Of a DNA stretch of 64,000 nt, positions 41,898 through 51,243 are shown piece by piece. Below the pieces are notes generated by a model that saw only the letters and a program-made list of their open reading frames with translations, did no database searches and was not told the DNA's origin. The position numbers and the translations under genes were made by a program. Origin of the DNA: an uncultured delta proteobacterium (lineage in GTDB: Bacteria > Myxococcota_A > Polyangia > Fen-1088); contig CAVWIP010000007.1 of assembly GCA_963755125.1 (NCBI GenBank), positions 1 to 64,000 of the forward strand, written 5' to 3'. Within the stretch, counting starts at the first letter, position 1. Every line of letters begins with the position of its first letter.

Positions 41898-43118
41898 ATG
41901 GCCGCACAGCTCACAGCATTCATTTGGGAGGCTCGCACCCGAACCGGCGACGTGAAGAAGGGTGTGATGGAGGCCGAGAATGAGGAGGCCGTCCACAGCA
42001 AGCTCAAGCTTCAGCAGCTGCAACCGGTTGCGGTCAAGAAGCAGCCGCGCCAGCTCACCCTCAACATCGGCACCGGCGTCAGCGTCAACGACATCGTCAT
42101 CTTCACCCGCCTGTTCGCCACCATGATCGACGCCGGTCTGCCCATCGTGCAATGTCTGGAGATCCTATCGTCGCAATCGGAGAACAAGCGTTTCGGCAAG
42201 ATCCTGGGGCAGGTGCGGGCCAACGTGGAAGGGGGCCTTACGCTGTCAGATTCGATGCGACGCTTTCCCAAGATTTTCGACAACCTCTTCGTCAACCTGG
42301 TCGCCGCCGGCGAGGCGGGCGGCATCTTGGACACCATCCTGCAGCGTCTCTCGGTCTACCTGGAAAAGGCACAGAGGCTCCGGCGCCAAATCAAGGGCGC
42401 CATGGGCTATCCGATTACCGTCATGTGCATCGCGGCCATCGTGGTGACCGTCCTGCTCACCAAGGTCATCCCGACCTTCGAGAAGATGTTCAAGGACTTC
42501 GGTGGCGGCAAGCTGCCAGCACCCACGCAGTTCGTGATCGATCTCTCGTGGACGCTGCGCAACTACCTGCCCTACCTCATCGCAGGCGGCATCGCGCTCT
42601 ACGTTCTGGTCAAGCTCATTCTCCGCTCGCACAAGGGGCGCCTGGCCTTCGACGGCATGTTGCTCAAGCTGCCTGTGCTGGGTCCCGTGCTGCGCAAGAC
42701 CGTGGTGGCGCGCTTCGCCCGCACCATGGGAACCCTGCTGGCCTCCGGCGTGCCCATTCTCGATTCCATGGAGATTGTGGCCAAGACCGCCGGAAACGCC
42801 GTCGTACAGGAAGGCATCATGTTCGTGCGCGCGCGCATCTCGGAAGGCAAGGATCTGGCCACGCCGCTCATGGAAACTGGGCTCATGCCTCCCATGGTGG
42901 TGCAGATGATTAGCGTCGGCGAGCAGACCGGCGCGCTCGATGCCATGCTGTCCAAGCTCGCGGACTTCTACGAGGAGGAAGTGGACGTGGCGGTGGGCTC
43001 CATGACCAGGATGATAGAGCCCTTGCTCATGGTCTTCCTGGGCGCTGTCATCGGCGGCTTGGTCATCGCCATGTACATGCCGATCTTCGAGATGGCCGGC
43101 AACATCAAGGGCGGCTAG
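41898..43118 (+). CDS. pilC: Type IV pilus platform protein PilC
   Basis: Two GspF domains (FTRLFATMIDAGLP; GEQTGALDAML), ending IAMYMPIF. Confidence 0.96.
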   Translation: MAAQLTAFIWEARTRTGDVKKGVMEAENEEAVHSKLKLQQLQPVAVKKQPRQLTLNIGTGVSVNDIVIFTRLFATMIDAGLPIVQCLEILSSQSENKRFGKILGQVRANVEGGLTLSDSMRRFPKIFDNLFVNLVAAGEAGGILDTILQRLSVYLEKAQRLRRQIKGAMGYPITVMCIAAIVVTVLLTKVIPTFEKMFKDFGGGKLPAPTQFVIDLSWTLRNYLPYLIAGGIALYVLVKLILRSHKGRLAFDGMLLKLPVLGPVLRKTVVARFARTMGTLLASGVPILDSMEIVAKTAGNAVVQEGIMFVRARISEGKDLATPLMETGLMPPMVVQMISVGEQTGALDAMLSKLADFYEEEVDVAVGSMTRMIEPLLMVFLGAVIGGLVIAMYMPIFEMAGNIKGG

Positions 43119-43126
43119 AGCGCCGC

Positions 43127-44866
43127 ATGGGTGAGATCGAGGCTCGCACCACGCCGGAGAGCATCTCACTCGGTGTCCCGGTCGCGCGGGGCACGAAGGG
43201 CGTCGCTCAAGGTGAGGCGACCCGAGAGGAGTCGCTACGAACCGTCACCTACTTGATGCTCGTGCGCACGGCGCTGGCGACCGTGCTCATGATCTCGGTG
43301 ATCATTCTGGCCCTCACCCTGGGGAGCGCGGATACGCTTTCGGGTCCCTTCGGACGCTTCGTCTTTGCCCTGCTGGCGACGACCTACGTGGCCACCTTGG
43401 CCTACGCCCTCGGGCTCAGCCGCATCCAGGATCCGGTTCGCTTCGCTGATATCCAGATCGGCGTCGATCTGGTGTTGGTCACTTTGCTCATCCATGCCAC
43501 CGGCGGCGCCCAGAGTGGATATACATTTCTCTACCTAGTCGACGTCGTCGCGGTCACGCTTCTGCCCAAGCGCTTCTCGCCGGGCAACGTGGCCACCGCG
43601 AGCGCCCTGCTCTTCGTCGGGATTTCGCTGCTCGGTTACCTGCGTATCCTGCCACCCATCACGGGGCAAACCGTCTTCCCCTGGGACCTAACCCTGGAAG
43701 AGCTGGTGTTCCGCTTGGTCGTCTACCTGGCGGGAGTGGTTTCCGTGGCGGCGTTGGGCATGAGCCTCTACGCCAAGACCCGTGAGGCGCGTGAGCGACT
43801 GGCCCGGCACGAGCAGATCGCAGGCGATCTGGCCTCCCTGCACGAGAACACAATTCGCTGCCTGTCCTCGGGACTCGTGACCACGACCCTGAACGGATCG
43901 ATTACCTCCATGAACGACGCGGCTTGCGAGATCCTGGGCATCGGCGCGCCCGCGCCCTTGGGTCAACGGCTCGATGGATTGATTCCGGGCATGGCCGCGG
44001 TCTTGGCCGAGGATCTGTCGCTCGGCCGGGTGATCCGGCAGGAGGTGGAAGCCATGCACACCGATGGATCGCTCCGGTGCCTGGGAGTTTCCGCTACGCC
44101 GCTATCCGATCACACGGGCCAGACCGTAGGCCGCGTGATTCATCTTCAGGATCTGACCGAACTTCGCAGCATGGAAGGGGCCATGCGACGTTCCGAACGT
44201 CTGGCCGGCATTGGCCGGCTGGCGGCCAACATTGCCCACGAGATCCGCAATCCTTTGGCCAGCATCTCCGGATCGGTGGAAGTCCTGCGCAAACAGCCCG
44301 GAACCGACGCCGAAGCGAGACAGCTCATCGACATCGCCGTGCGCGAGGTGGACCGGGTGAACGGTCTCATCTCGGGCTTGCTCGACTATGCCCGTCCGCG
44401 CACCGAGGACTTCCAGCGCCTGGATCTGGGCGAGATGGTGACCGAGATCGCCAAGGTGTTCGAGCAGGAGCGCCGGCCTGTCGAGGTTCGCGTCGACGCG
44501 GACCTGGAGCCGGGTGTGGCCATCGAGGGCGCGTCCGGACAACTACGCCAGGTATTGTGGAACCTTCTGCGCAACGCGGTCGCCGCCATGCCGGGGGGCG
44601 GTCGTGTGCAGCTCTCGGTTTCGCGTCGCGAACGAACCAACGGCATGGCCGACGCGGTTTTGTCGGTGAGCGATACCGGCATCGGTATTCCCCATGAGGA
44701 TCTCGATCACATCTTCGAGCCGTTCTTCTCGCGCCGAGTGGACGGCACGGGCCTGGGACTTGCCATCACCGCGCGCATCGTGGAGGACCACAAGGGGACA
44801 ATCGCGGTGTCCAGCGAGGTCGGCAAGGGCACGACCTTCGTGATCCGCTTCGCCGCCGCGAGGTGA
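43127..44866 (+). CDS. pilS: PilS-like sensor histidine kinase (TM, PAS, HisKA, HATPase)
   Basis: About 6 TM segments, TGGAQS, AHEIRNPL, NLLRNA, DTGIG, GTGLGL; follows pilC. Confidence 0.85.
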   Translation: MGEIEARTTPESISLGVPVARGTKGVAQGEATREESLRTVTYLMLVRTALATVLMISVIILALTLGSADTLSGPFGRFVFALLATTYVATLAYALGLSRIQDPVRFADIQIGVDLVLVTLLIHATGGAQSGYTFLYLVDVVAVTLLPKRFSPGNVATASALLFVGISLLGYLRILPPITGQTVFPWDLTLEELVFRLVVYLAGVVSVAALGMSLYAKTREARERLARHEQIAGDLASLHENTIRCLSSGLVTTTLNGSITSMNDAACEILGIGAPAPLGQRLDGLIPGMAAVLAEDLSLGRVIRQEVEAMHTDGSLRCLGVSATPLSDHTGQTVGRVIHLQDLTELRSMEGAMRRSERLAGIGRLAANIAHEIRNPLASISGSVEVLRKQPGTDAEARQLIDIAVREVDRVNGLISGLLDYARPRTEDFQRLDLGEMVTEIAKVFEQERRPVEVRVDADLEPGVAIEGASGQLRQVLWNLLRNAVAAMPGGGRVQLSVSRRERTNGMADAVLSVSDTGIGIPHEDLDHIFEPFFSRRVDGTGLGLAITARIVEDHKGTIAVSSEVGKGTTFVIRFAAAR

Positions 44867-44884
44867 CCAATACCTGGGCGGCAG

Positions 44885-45208
44885 TCAGCCCTGGAAGAAG
44901 CGATTGAGCGCCCACACCTCGCGAGCACGCAGGCCCTGGAAGCGGATCCCCATGCCGGGAAGCTGCTCGCCTCCGCCGGGCTCAACCCAGCGGACCTCGC
45001 CACCCACCTCAATCGGCTCAGACTGCGTAGGAATGCGGAAGCGGATCTGAAGCCTGGTCTGCAAAGGAAGAGGCGTCGCGGTCTCCACGAACACGCCTCC
45101 CAGTGAGATGTTGCGCGTGGTGGCGACGTGTCGGTCTTCGCCGACGACGACCTCCACTTCCAAGCGCCGTGCGTATCGGGGATCGGTTCGTCGAAAATGC
45201 TCAGACAA
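44885..45208 (-). CDS. Stand-alone PilZ-domain protein
   Basis: RTDPR (RxxxR) and NISLGG (D/NxSxxG); EVRW...GMGIRF. TTG start after GAGG. Confidence 0.88.
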   Translation of the reverse strand: MSEHFRRTDPRYARRLEVEVVVGEDRHVATTRNISLGGVFVETATPLPLQTRLQIRFRIPTQSEPIEVGGEVRWVEPGGGEQLPGMGIRFQGLRAREVWALNRFFQG

Positions 45209-45437
45209 GTTATGCCTCACTGTCGATACGGGTGCAGGAAGCGGGAGTGTGTCCCGCATCTCCCGCGACAGGCTCAGCCGGGCCAAGCTCGCCCGAGCCC
45301 ACGCGGTTGCGTCGCTCGACAACGCCAGTTTAGGTGAGGAGCGCAGGTTAATCAATGCGTCGCACGCGATTCGAGCCAGGGTCTGTTATATCGCGTCAAC
45401 GATGAAGCGCCAGATTTCGGCTAGACTCACGAGGCTT

Positions 45438-46715
45438 ATGAACCTCGACACATACCCCCTGATCCAACTCGCGGCCCGCGTGGGCACGCCCTTCTTTCTG
45501 CTCGACGCGGAGATTCTGCGCGGGAACCTTCGCCGTCTAAATGCCCTGGCTGCGGGTCCGCAAGTCGTTGTGCGCTACGCCATGAAGGCGAACTCGGTCC
45601 GACAGGTGCTGGAACAGGTGTGCAAGGCGGGTCTGTGGATCGACGCCGTGAGCGGCAACGAAGTTCTGCGCGCGATGCGCGCTGGCTTTCCCGGCGGGAC
45701 CGAACCACCCCGGATCATGCTCACGGCAGACGTGTTCCGCGACAATGCGCGGGAGGTGTTGCAGCAGCATCACATCCTGCCCAACCTGGGATCTCCCGGC
45801 ATGATCCGGCAGCTGGCAGCGGCCGGCTACCGCGGACCGGTTGCCGTGCGTGCGAATCCTGGCTTTGGGCACGGCCACGTCGAGGCCTGCGACACCGGCG
45901 GCCCGTCTTCCAAACACGGTGTGTGGCACGAGGACCTCGAAGACCTGCGCCGGGCTGCTGCTGGCGCTGGGCTGACCATCGTGGCCCTGCACGCGCACAT
46001 CGGCACTGGTCCTCAGCCGCGCGAGTTCGACCAGAACATGCGCAAGCTGGTGGACTTCTTCGAGGCGATCCTGCCCGAGTTCCCCGACGCGAACGCCGTG
46101 AATTTCGGCGGCGGCATCCCGCATCCCTATCGGCCCGACGAACCGGCCTACGATCTGTCTTGGTACCGGCCAGTGATCGAGGAAGCCGTCGCCCGTTTCG
46201 CGCGGGCCGTGGGGCGCCCCATTCGCGTCGAGATCGAGCCCGGCCGCTACGCGGTGGCCGGCACGGCGGCCCTGGTATGCCGGGTTCACGACATCAAGAC
46301 CACACGCGCGAACCCCAAGGGTCCGGGCCACCGGTTCGTCATGGTGGACGCGGGCTTCTGCGACCTCGTGCGGCCGGCGATGTACGGCTCGTATCATCAC
46401 ATCTCGGTGGTGGGTGCCGGCGCCAGTCGACCGCCGGAACCGCTGGTGGTGGCTGGGCCGCTGTGTGAAAGCGGCGATGTGTTCACCCGCGATGCGAACG
46501 AGATGCTCACGCCGCGCCTCCTGCCACGGCCCGAGCCATGCGATCTGCTGGTGCTGCACGACGCGGGTGCCTACGGCTCGGCCATGAGTTCAAACTACGT
46601 GTCGCTGGGCCGCGTGCCTCAGGTGCTGTGGGACGCGGGCCGTGCCACTCTGGTCACTCGCCGCGAGAGCGTGGACGACGTGGTTCGGGCCGAGTGTGAG
46701 GAGCCACTCGACTGA
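45438..46715 (+). CDS. lysA: Diaminopimelate decarboxylase
   Basis: YAMKANS, HAHIG, NFGGG, EPGRY, RPAMYGSYH, GPLCESGD, GAYG. Start 45438 (or 45402). Confidence 0.9.
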   Translation: MNLDTYPLIQLAARVGTPFFLLDAEILRGNLRRLNALAAGPQVVVRYAMKANSVRQVLEQVCKAGLWIDAVSGNEVLRAMRAGFPGGTEPPRIMLTADVFRDNAREVLQQHHILPNLGSPGMIRQLAAAGYRGPVAVRANPGFGHGHVEACDTGGPSSKHGVWHEDLEDLRRAAAGAGLTIVALHAHIGTGPQPREFDQNMRKLVDFFEAILPEFPDANAVNFGGGIPHPYRPDEPAYDLSWYRPVIEEAVARFARAVGRPIRVEIEPGRYAVAGTAALVCRVHDIKTTRANPKGPGHRFVMVDAGFCDLVRPAMYGSYHHISVVGAGASRPPEPLVVAGPLCESGDVFTRDANEMLTPRLLPRPEPCDLLVLHDAGAYGSAMSSNYVSLGRVPQVLWDAGRATLVTRRESVDDVVRAECEEPLD

Positions 46716-46789
46716 CCAATGCGAGACCGCCGGCACGCGAAGAAGGTTTTCCCCGGCGCCGTGCTAGGCTTGCCGCAAAGGAGGAAATC

Positions 46790-47002
46790 GTGCCGCTCTA
46801 CGAATACGTGTGCCGCAAGTGTTCCAAGCAGTTCGAGACACTGATCTTCGGCGCCGACGTGCCTGCCTGCCCGGCCTGCCAGTCCACCGACCTGGAACGC
46901 ATGCTGTCCGTGGTGGCCGTGGGCAGCGGCCAGCCGGCGCGCGAGCCGAGCGCCTGTGATTCCTGTCAGGGCCGAGGCCGACCCGGCTGCGGCATGAACT
47001 AG
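46790..47002 (+). CDS. FmdB-family zinc-ribbon protein
   Basis: MPLYEYVCRKC...CPAC; GGAGG before GTG. Confidence 0.9.
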   Translation: MPLYEYVCRKCSKQFETLIFGADVPACPACQSTDLERMLSVVAVGSGQPAREPSACDSCQGRGRPGCGMN

Positions 47003-47250
47003 AGAAGCGATGCCTCAAACCGCCGAGTCACGGACGGCCGACGATCCGACACCATGGCTGCGTTGGGCCTGCGCTTCCGGTCCTCAAGTACATCAGTACA
47101 TTCCGGTCCGGTTCTCGGCCCTCCTTGCCATCGGGCCGGCTTGTCGGCCGGATTCCAATCGCCATCCCGATCTTCACCTGGGCGCTGGGCATCGGAACCC
47201 AGTCTTGGCCGTGTTCACGTGTCCCTATCAGGGGGACTAGCCCGGATCGC

Positions 47251-49089
47251 ATGGCCTACGCCTCGCTCAGGGACTGCGTCGATGACCTGGAGCGGACGGG
47301 CCAATTGCGGCGAGTGGATGTCGAAATCGACGCCCAGTTGGAGGCGGCCGAGATCCAGCGCCGCGTGTTCCGCGCCCACGGCCCGGCCCTGTACTTCGCG
47401 CGAGTCAAGGGCTGCCGCTTTCCCATGGTCAGCAACTTGTTCGGGACCATCGAGCGCGCGCACTTCATCTTTCGCGACAGCCTGGACAAGGTCCGCAGCC
47501 TGGTCGAGTTGAGAGCCGATCCGGGCGCGGCCTGGAAGCGCCCGCTGCGCTACGCCGGCGTGCCCTTCACCTTGCTACGCACGCGGCCCAGGCGCGTGGC
47601 AGGCGGTCCGGTCTTTGCCGGCCAAGTCGAGGTCAGCGATCTGCCGCAACTTCAGTGCTGGCCCGACGACGGCGGAGCCTTCATCACGCTGCCCCAGGTG
47701 TACAGCGAGGATCCAGAGCGACCCGGATCCGGGCACAGCAACCTGGGCATGTACCGCATCCAGCTTTCCGGTGGCCAGTACCAGCCGAGCCGCGAGGTGG
47801 GCCTGCACTATCAGATCCACCGAGGCATTGGCGTGCACCACGCGGCTGCCATCCGGCGCGGCGAGATCCTGCGCGTGAACGTGTACGTGGGCGGCCCGCC
47901 GGCCATGACCCTGGCCGCAGTCATGCCGTTGCCCGAAGGCGTGTCGGAGCTGGCGTTTGCGGGCGCGCTGGGCGGCCGGCGCGTGCGGCTGGCAGCCCAG
48001 AAAGGCTGGCCCTTGCCCGTGCACGCTGACGCCGACTTCTGCCTGCTGGCCGAAGTGGATCCAGAGGTCCGCAAGCCTGAAGGGCCGTTCGGCGATCACC
48101 TGGGCTATTACAGCTTGGCGCACAGTTTTCCGGTGCTGCGCGTCCGTCGCGTCTATCACCGCGCGGAGGCCATCTGGCCTTTCACCGTGGTCGGCCGGCC
48201 GCCCCAGGAGGACAGCGTTTTCGCCTCCCTCATCCACGAGATCACGAGTCCGCTGGTTTCGTCGCTGCTTCCCGGCGTGCACGCGGTGAACGCGGTGGAT
48301 GCGGCTGGCGTGCATCCGCTGTTGCTCGCTCTGGGCAGCGAGCGCTATGTGCCGTTCGAGGAGCGGCAAGAGCCGCAGGAGCTACTCACCCAAGCCAACG
48401 CCATCCTGGGACAGGGCCAGCTTTCTTTGGCCAAATACCTGTTCATTGCGGCAGCCGACGACGATCCACGGCTGGACGTGCGCGATGTCGACGCATTCCT
48501 GCAGCACGTGCTGGCGCGGGTCGACTGGCGCCGCGACCTCCATTTCCAGACGCAGACCACCATCGACACGCTGGACTACTCGGGCACGGGCCTGAACCGA
48601 GGATCCAAACTGGTGGTGGCCGCGGTGGGACGGCCACGGCGCACGCTGCCCACGGCGCTGCCCCCCGGCCTACGCTTGCCGGACGGTTTCACCGACGCGT
48701 GCGTGTGCCTTCCTGGCGTGCTCGCGGTGCGCGCGCCTGCGTTTGGCTCCGACGGGTTGGCGGAAGACTTCGCGGCGTTCTGTGCCGCCTTCCGGGCCGA
48801 CGATCCCTTGTGCGCCTTCCCGCTGGTGGTTCTCGTCGACGACAGCGAGTTCTGTAGCCACAGCCTCGACAACTTCCTCTGGATCACGTTCTCGCGATCG
48901 AATCCGGCCGCGGACGTGGGCGGAATCGAGGCGGCCACGCTCCACAAACACTGGGGCTGCCGCGGATCGCTGGTTATCGACGCCCGCGGCAAACCTCACC
49001 ACGCGCCATCCTTGCTGGAGGATCCGCAGGTCACCGCACGCGTCGACCGCCTCTTCACCCAGCACGGCCCGCTCGCCGGCATCGAATAG
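47251..49089 (+). CDS. UbiD-family (prFMN-dependent) decarboxylase, long form
   Basis: SNLFGT, WPDDGGAFITLP, NLGMYR, EGPFGDHLGYY, VGRPPQED, DTLDY. Start ATG 47251. Confidence 0.92.
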   Translation: MAYASLRDCVDDLERTGQLRRVDVEIDAQLEAAEIQRRVFRAHGPALYFARVKGCRFPMVSNLFGTIERAHFIFRDSLDKVRSLVELRADPGAAWKRPLRYAGVPFTLLRTRPRRVAGGPVFAGQVEVSDLPQLQCWPDDGGAFITLPQVYSEDPERPGSGHSNLGMYRIQLSGGQYQPSREVGLHYQIHRGIGVHHAAAIRRGEILRVNVYVGGPPAMTLAAVMPLPEGVSELAFAGALGGRRVRLAAQKGWPLPVHADADFCLLAEVDPEVRKPEGPFGDHLGYYSLAHSFPVLRVRRVYHRAEAIWPFTVVGRPPQEDSVFASLIHEITSPLVSSLLPGVHAVNAVDAAGVHPLLLALGSERYVPFEERQEPQELLTQANAILGQGQLSLAKYLFIAAADDDPRLDVRDVDAFLQHVLARVDWRRDLHFQTQTTIDTLDYSGTGLNRGSKLVVAAVGRPRRTLPTALPPGLRLPDGFTDACVCLPGVLAVRAPAFGSDGLAEDFAAFCAAFRADDPLCAFPLVVLVDDSEFCSHSLDNFLWITFSRSNPAADVGGIEAATLHKHWGCRGSLVIDARGKPHHAPSLLEDPQVTARVDRLFTQHGPLAGIE

Positions 49090-49113
49090 GGGAAACCGCG
49101 CGACGGTCCGGTT

Positions 49114-50091
49114 CTAAAGGTTCCTCATGTATGCGACCAGATCCTCAGGCAATGGACTTTCGACTGTGACGGGCTCGCGCGTGCGCGGATGCGGGAAACA
49201 CAGACGGGCCGCGTGCAAGGCATGGCGGGGCAGGCCGTCGAAGGCCGCTAGCAACTCGGGCGTCATCCCGGTATCGCAGTAGTCCATGAAGGCCTGTTCG
49301 CTGGCGCCGTAGAGTTTGTCGCCCACCACGGGATGCCCGATGGCGGCCAGGTGAACGCGGATTTGGTGCTGCCGCCCGGTTTCGGGCGAGGCCTCGACCA
49401 GCGCGTGCTCGGTAAAGCGGTGCACCACCCGGAAACGCGTCAGCGCGGGCAAGCCGTCGCACGCGACGCCCATCATGATGCGCGTCCTGGTGTCCAGCAA
49501 TCGCATCGGCCGATCGATCACGCCCTCAGGCTCCGCCGGCACGCCATGGACCAGGGCTAGATAGTTCTTCCTGATCAGCCGCTGCGCAAAGGCGCGCTTC
49601 AAGAACGAGGCCGCCACACGGCCCCGGGCCACGAGCAGCACACCAGAAGTCTCCCGATCCAGGCGGTGACAAATCTGCAACGCCTCGCTGGGAAATCGCT
49701 CGCGCAGAAGGGCCACCAGCGTGTTCTTCCAGAACTTGGCTGTGGTGTGCATGGGCAGCCCGGCCGGTTTGTCGAGCGCGAGGAAGGTTTCGTCCTCGGC
49801 CAGAACCTTGAAGTGGCGGGGCACTTCGGGCTCCACCGGGGCGGGACGGTCTACGATGATGGTCTCGCCGGCCCGCACGCCCAGCGCCGGCCGTGGTCGC
49901 CGTCCGTCGGCCAGTCGGACCTGGTGCTCGATGACGGCGCGGATCTTCGCACGCGACAGGCGACGGATACGGTGCTTGAGGAAATGATCGAGGCGCCAAC
50001 CCTCGCATTCAGGGGGTACGCGCAGCCGCAGCGGGATGATCTCCCGAGGCGCCTCACAACCATCCGCAGGAAGCAGGTCCGTCTCGATCGT
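49114..50091 (-). CDS. RluA/RluD-family pseudouridine synthase with S4 domain; start codon non-canonical or unresolved
   Basis: KPAGL, HRLDRETSG, TGRQHQIR, GDKLYG, ALHA. The frame extends upstream of GTG 49878 through an S4 domain (GWRLDHFL...LSRAKI) to TAG 50097 with no ATG/GTG/TTG. Confidence 0.88.
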   Translation of the reverse strand, partial: TIETDLLPADGCEAPREIIPLRLRVPPECEGWRLDHFLKHRIRRLSRAKIRAVIEHQVRLADGRRPRPALGVRAGETIIVDRPAPVEPEVPRHFKVLAEDETFLALDKPAGLPMHTTAKFWKNTLVALLRERFPSEALQICHRLDRETSGVLLVARGRVAASFLKRAFAQRLIRKNYLALVHGVPAEPEGVIDRPMRLLDTRTRIMMGVACDGLPALTRFRVVHRFTEHALVEASPETGRQHQIRVHLAAIGHPVVGDKLYGASEQAFMDYCDTGMTPELLAAFDGLPRHALHAARLCFPHPRTREPVTVESPLPEDLVAYMRNL

Positions 50092-50094
50092 GAG

Positions 50095-50661
50095 CTAATC
50101 CTCGTCGAGAACGCCTTTCCAGCGCCAGTTGCCACGCTCGCGTTCCTCGGGCTTGGGCCGCGTCGAACGTTTCTTTTCCGGGCGTTCGCGCCGGCCCTCG
50201 GGCTTGCCGCCGGCACGGTCATGTCCTGCCGCGCCGGTGGCAGGCGGGCGCGGCGGGCCGAAGTTCCGCGGTGAACCGGGAGAGGAGGGACCCGCAGACC
50301 CCGAGAAGCGAGGGGCCCCACCACCGGGGCCGGGCGATCCAGATGGGGCTCGTGGGCCGCCAAAACGCGGGGGACCACTGGGGCCACCCGGCCGCGGTGC
50401 GCCCGGCGCGGGCCGAGCCTGGGCTTCCTCGACGATCAACGCGCGGCCCTGTACCAGGCGGCCGCTGAGTTTCTCGATAGACTGCTTGGCACCATCGTCG
50501 GTGGCAGTTTCAACAAAAGCGAAACCGCGTGGGCGGCCGGTCTCGCGCTCGCAGGCCACACGGACACTGCGGACCTCAATACCCTCGCTGGCGAAGGCCT
50601 CCTTCAGCTCCAGCTCGGTGACGGTGTAGGAGAGGTTGCCTACGAAAAGGCGCGTTCCCAT
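50095..50661 (-). CDS. RRM RNA-binding protein with Gly/Pro-rich tail
   Basis: RNP2 LFVGNL; RNP1 RGFAFVE. Confidence 0.93.
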   Translation of the reverse strand: MGTRLFVGNLSYTVTELELKEAFASEGIEVRSVRVACERETGRPRGFAFVETATDDGAKQSIEKLSGRLVQGRALIVEEAQARPAPGAPRPGGPSGPPRFGGPRAPSGSPGPGGGAPRFSGSAGPSSPGSPRNFGPPRPPATGAAGHDRAGGKPEGRRERPEKKRSTRPKPEERERGNWRWKGVLDED

Positions 50662-50687
50662 GAACTGCGTTCCTCGAAATCTTCGTC

Positions 50688-50981
50688 CTACTGCGCAGCC
50701 GGGCGTTCGCCGTTCACGCGGTCGCGCAACTCCTTCCCCACCTTGAAGGTTGGCGTCCGACGGGCCGCAATCTGGATGGTTTCCCCGGTGCGTGGATTAC
50801 GCCCACTGCGCGCCGCAGACTCACGAACAGCGAAGGCGCCGAACCCCCGGAAGTCTATTCTCTCTCCCTTGGCCAAGCCTTCGGCCACGGCATCCAGCAG
50901 GCTATCAATCGTCACTTCAACCTGAGGCCGGGGCAAGCTCTGCCGTTGGGCCACGAGGTCCACCAGATCGGACTTTTTCAT
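50688..50981 (-). CDS. HU/IHF-family nucleoid protein (IHF beta-like)
   Basis: MKKSDL, RGFGAF, GRNPRTGE, FKVGKELRDRVN; GGAG before ATG 50981. Confidence 0.93.
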   Translation of the reverse strand: MKKSDLVDLVAQRQSLPRPQVEVTIDSLLDAVAEGLAKGERIDFRGFGAFAVRESAARSGRNPRTGETIQIAARRTPTFKVGKELRDRVNGERPAAQ

Positions 50982-51243
50982 CGGTCGCTTGTTCTCCTTG
51001 TTTGCGTAGCGTTGATCTTGGGGCACGAAAGAGCCCCTACAGGTCGTCGAAAACTAGATTCTAAAGATATGGCGGCATCTCACTCATGGTCAAGTGCCGC
51101 TGCGTCTGCAAGAAAGGGGTGGCGCTGCTGCCTTGCGACGCAATGCGCAGGACGCGCGATTGGGGGACTCCCCCGCCGGTGTGTCCTGACGGCAGCGAGA
51201 TCCTCTATCCGAAATGGCCCGCACGGCGAGGCAGCCCTTGTCC

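Noticed and set aside
45108..45401. N-terminal extension of LysA in the 535-aa ORF
   Set aside because: Overlaps the PilZ gene on the opposite strand and has no LysA similarity.
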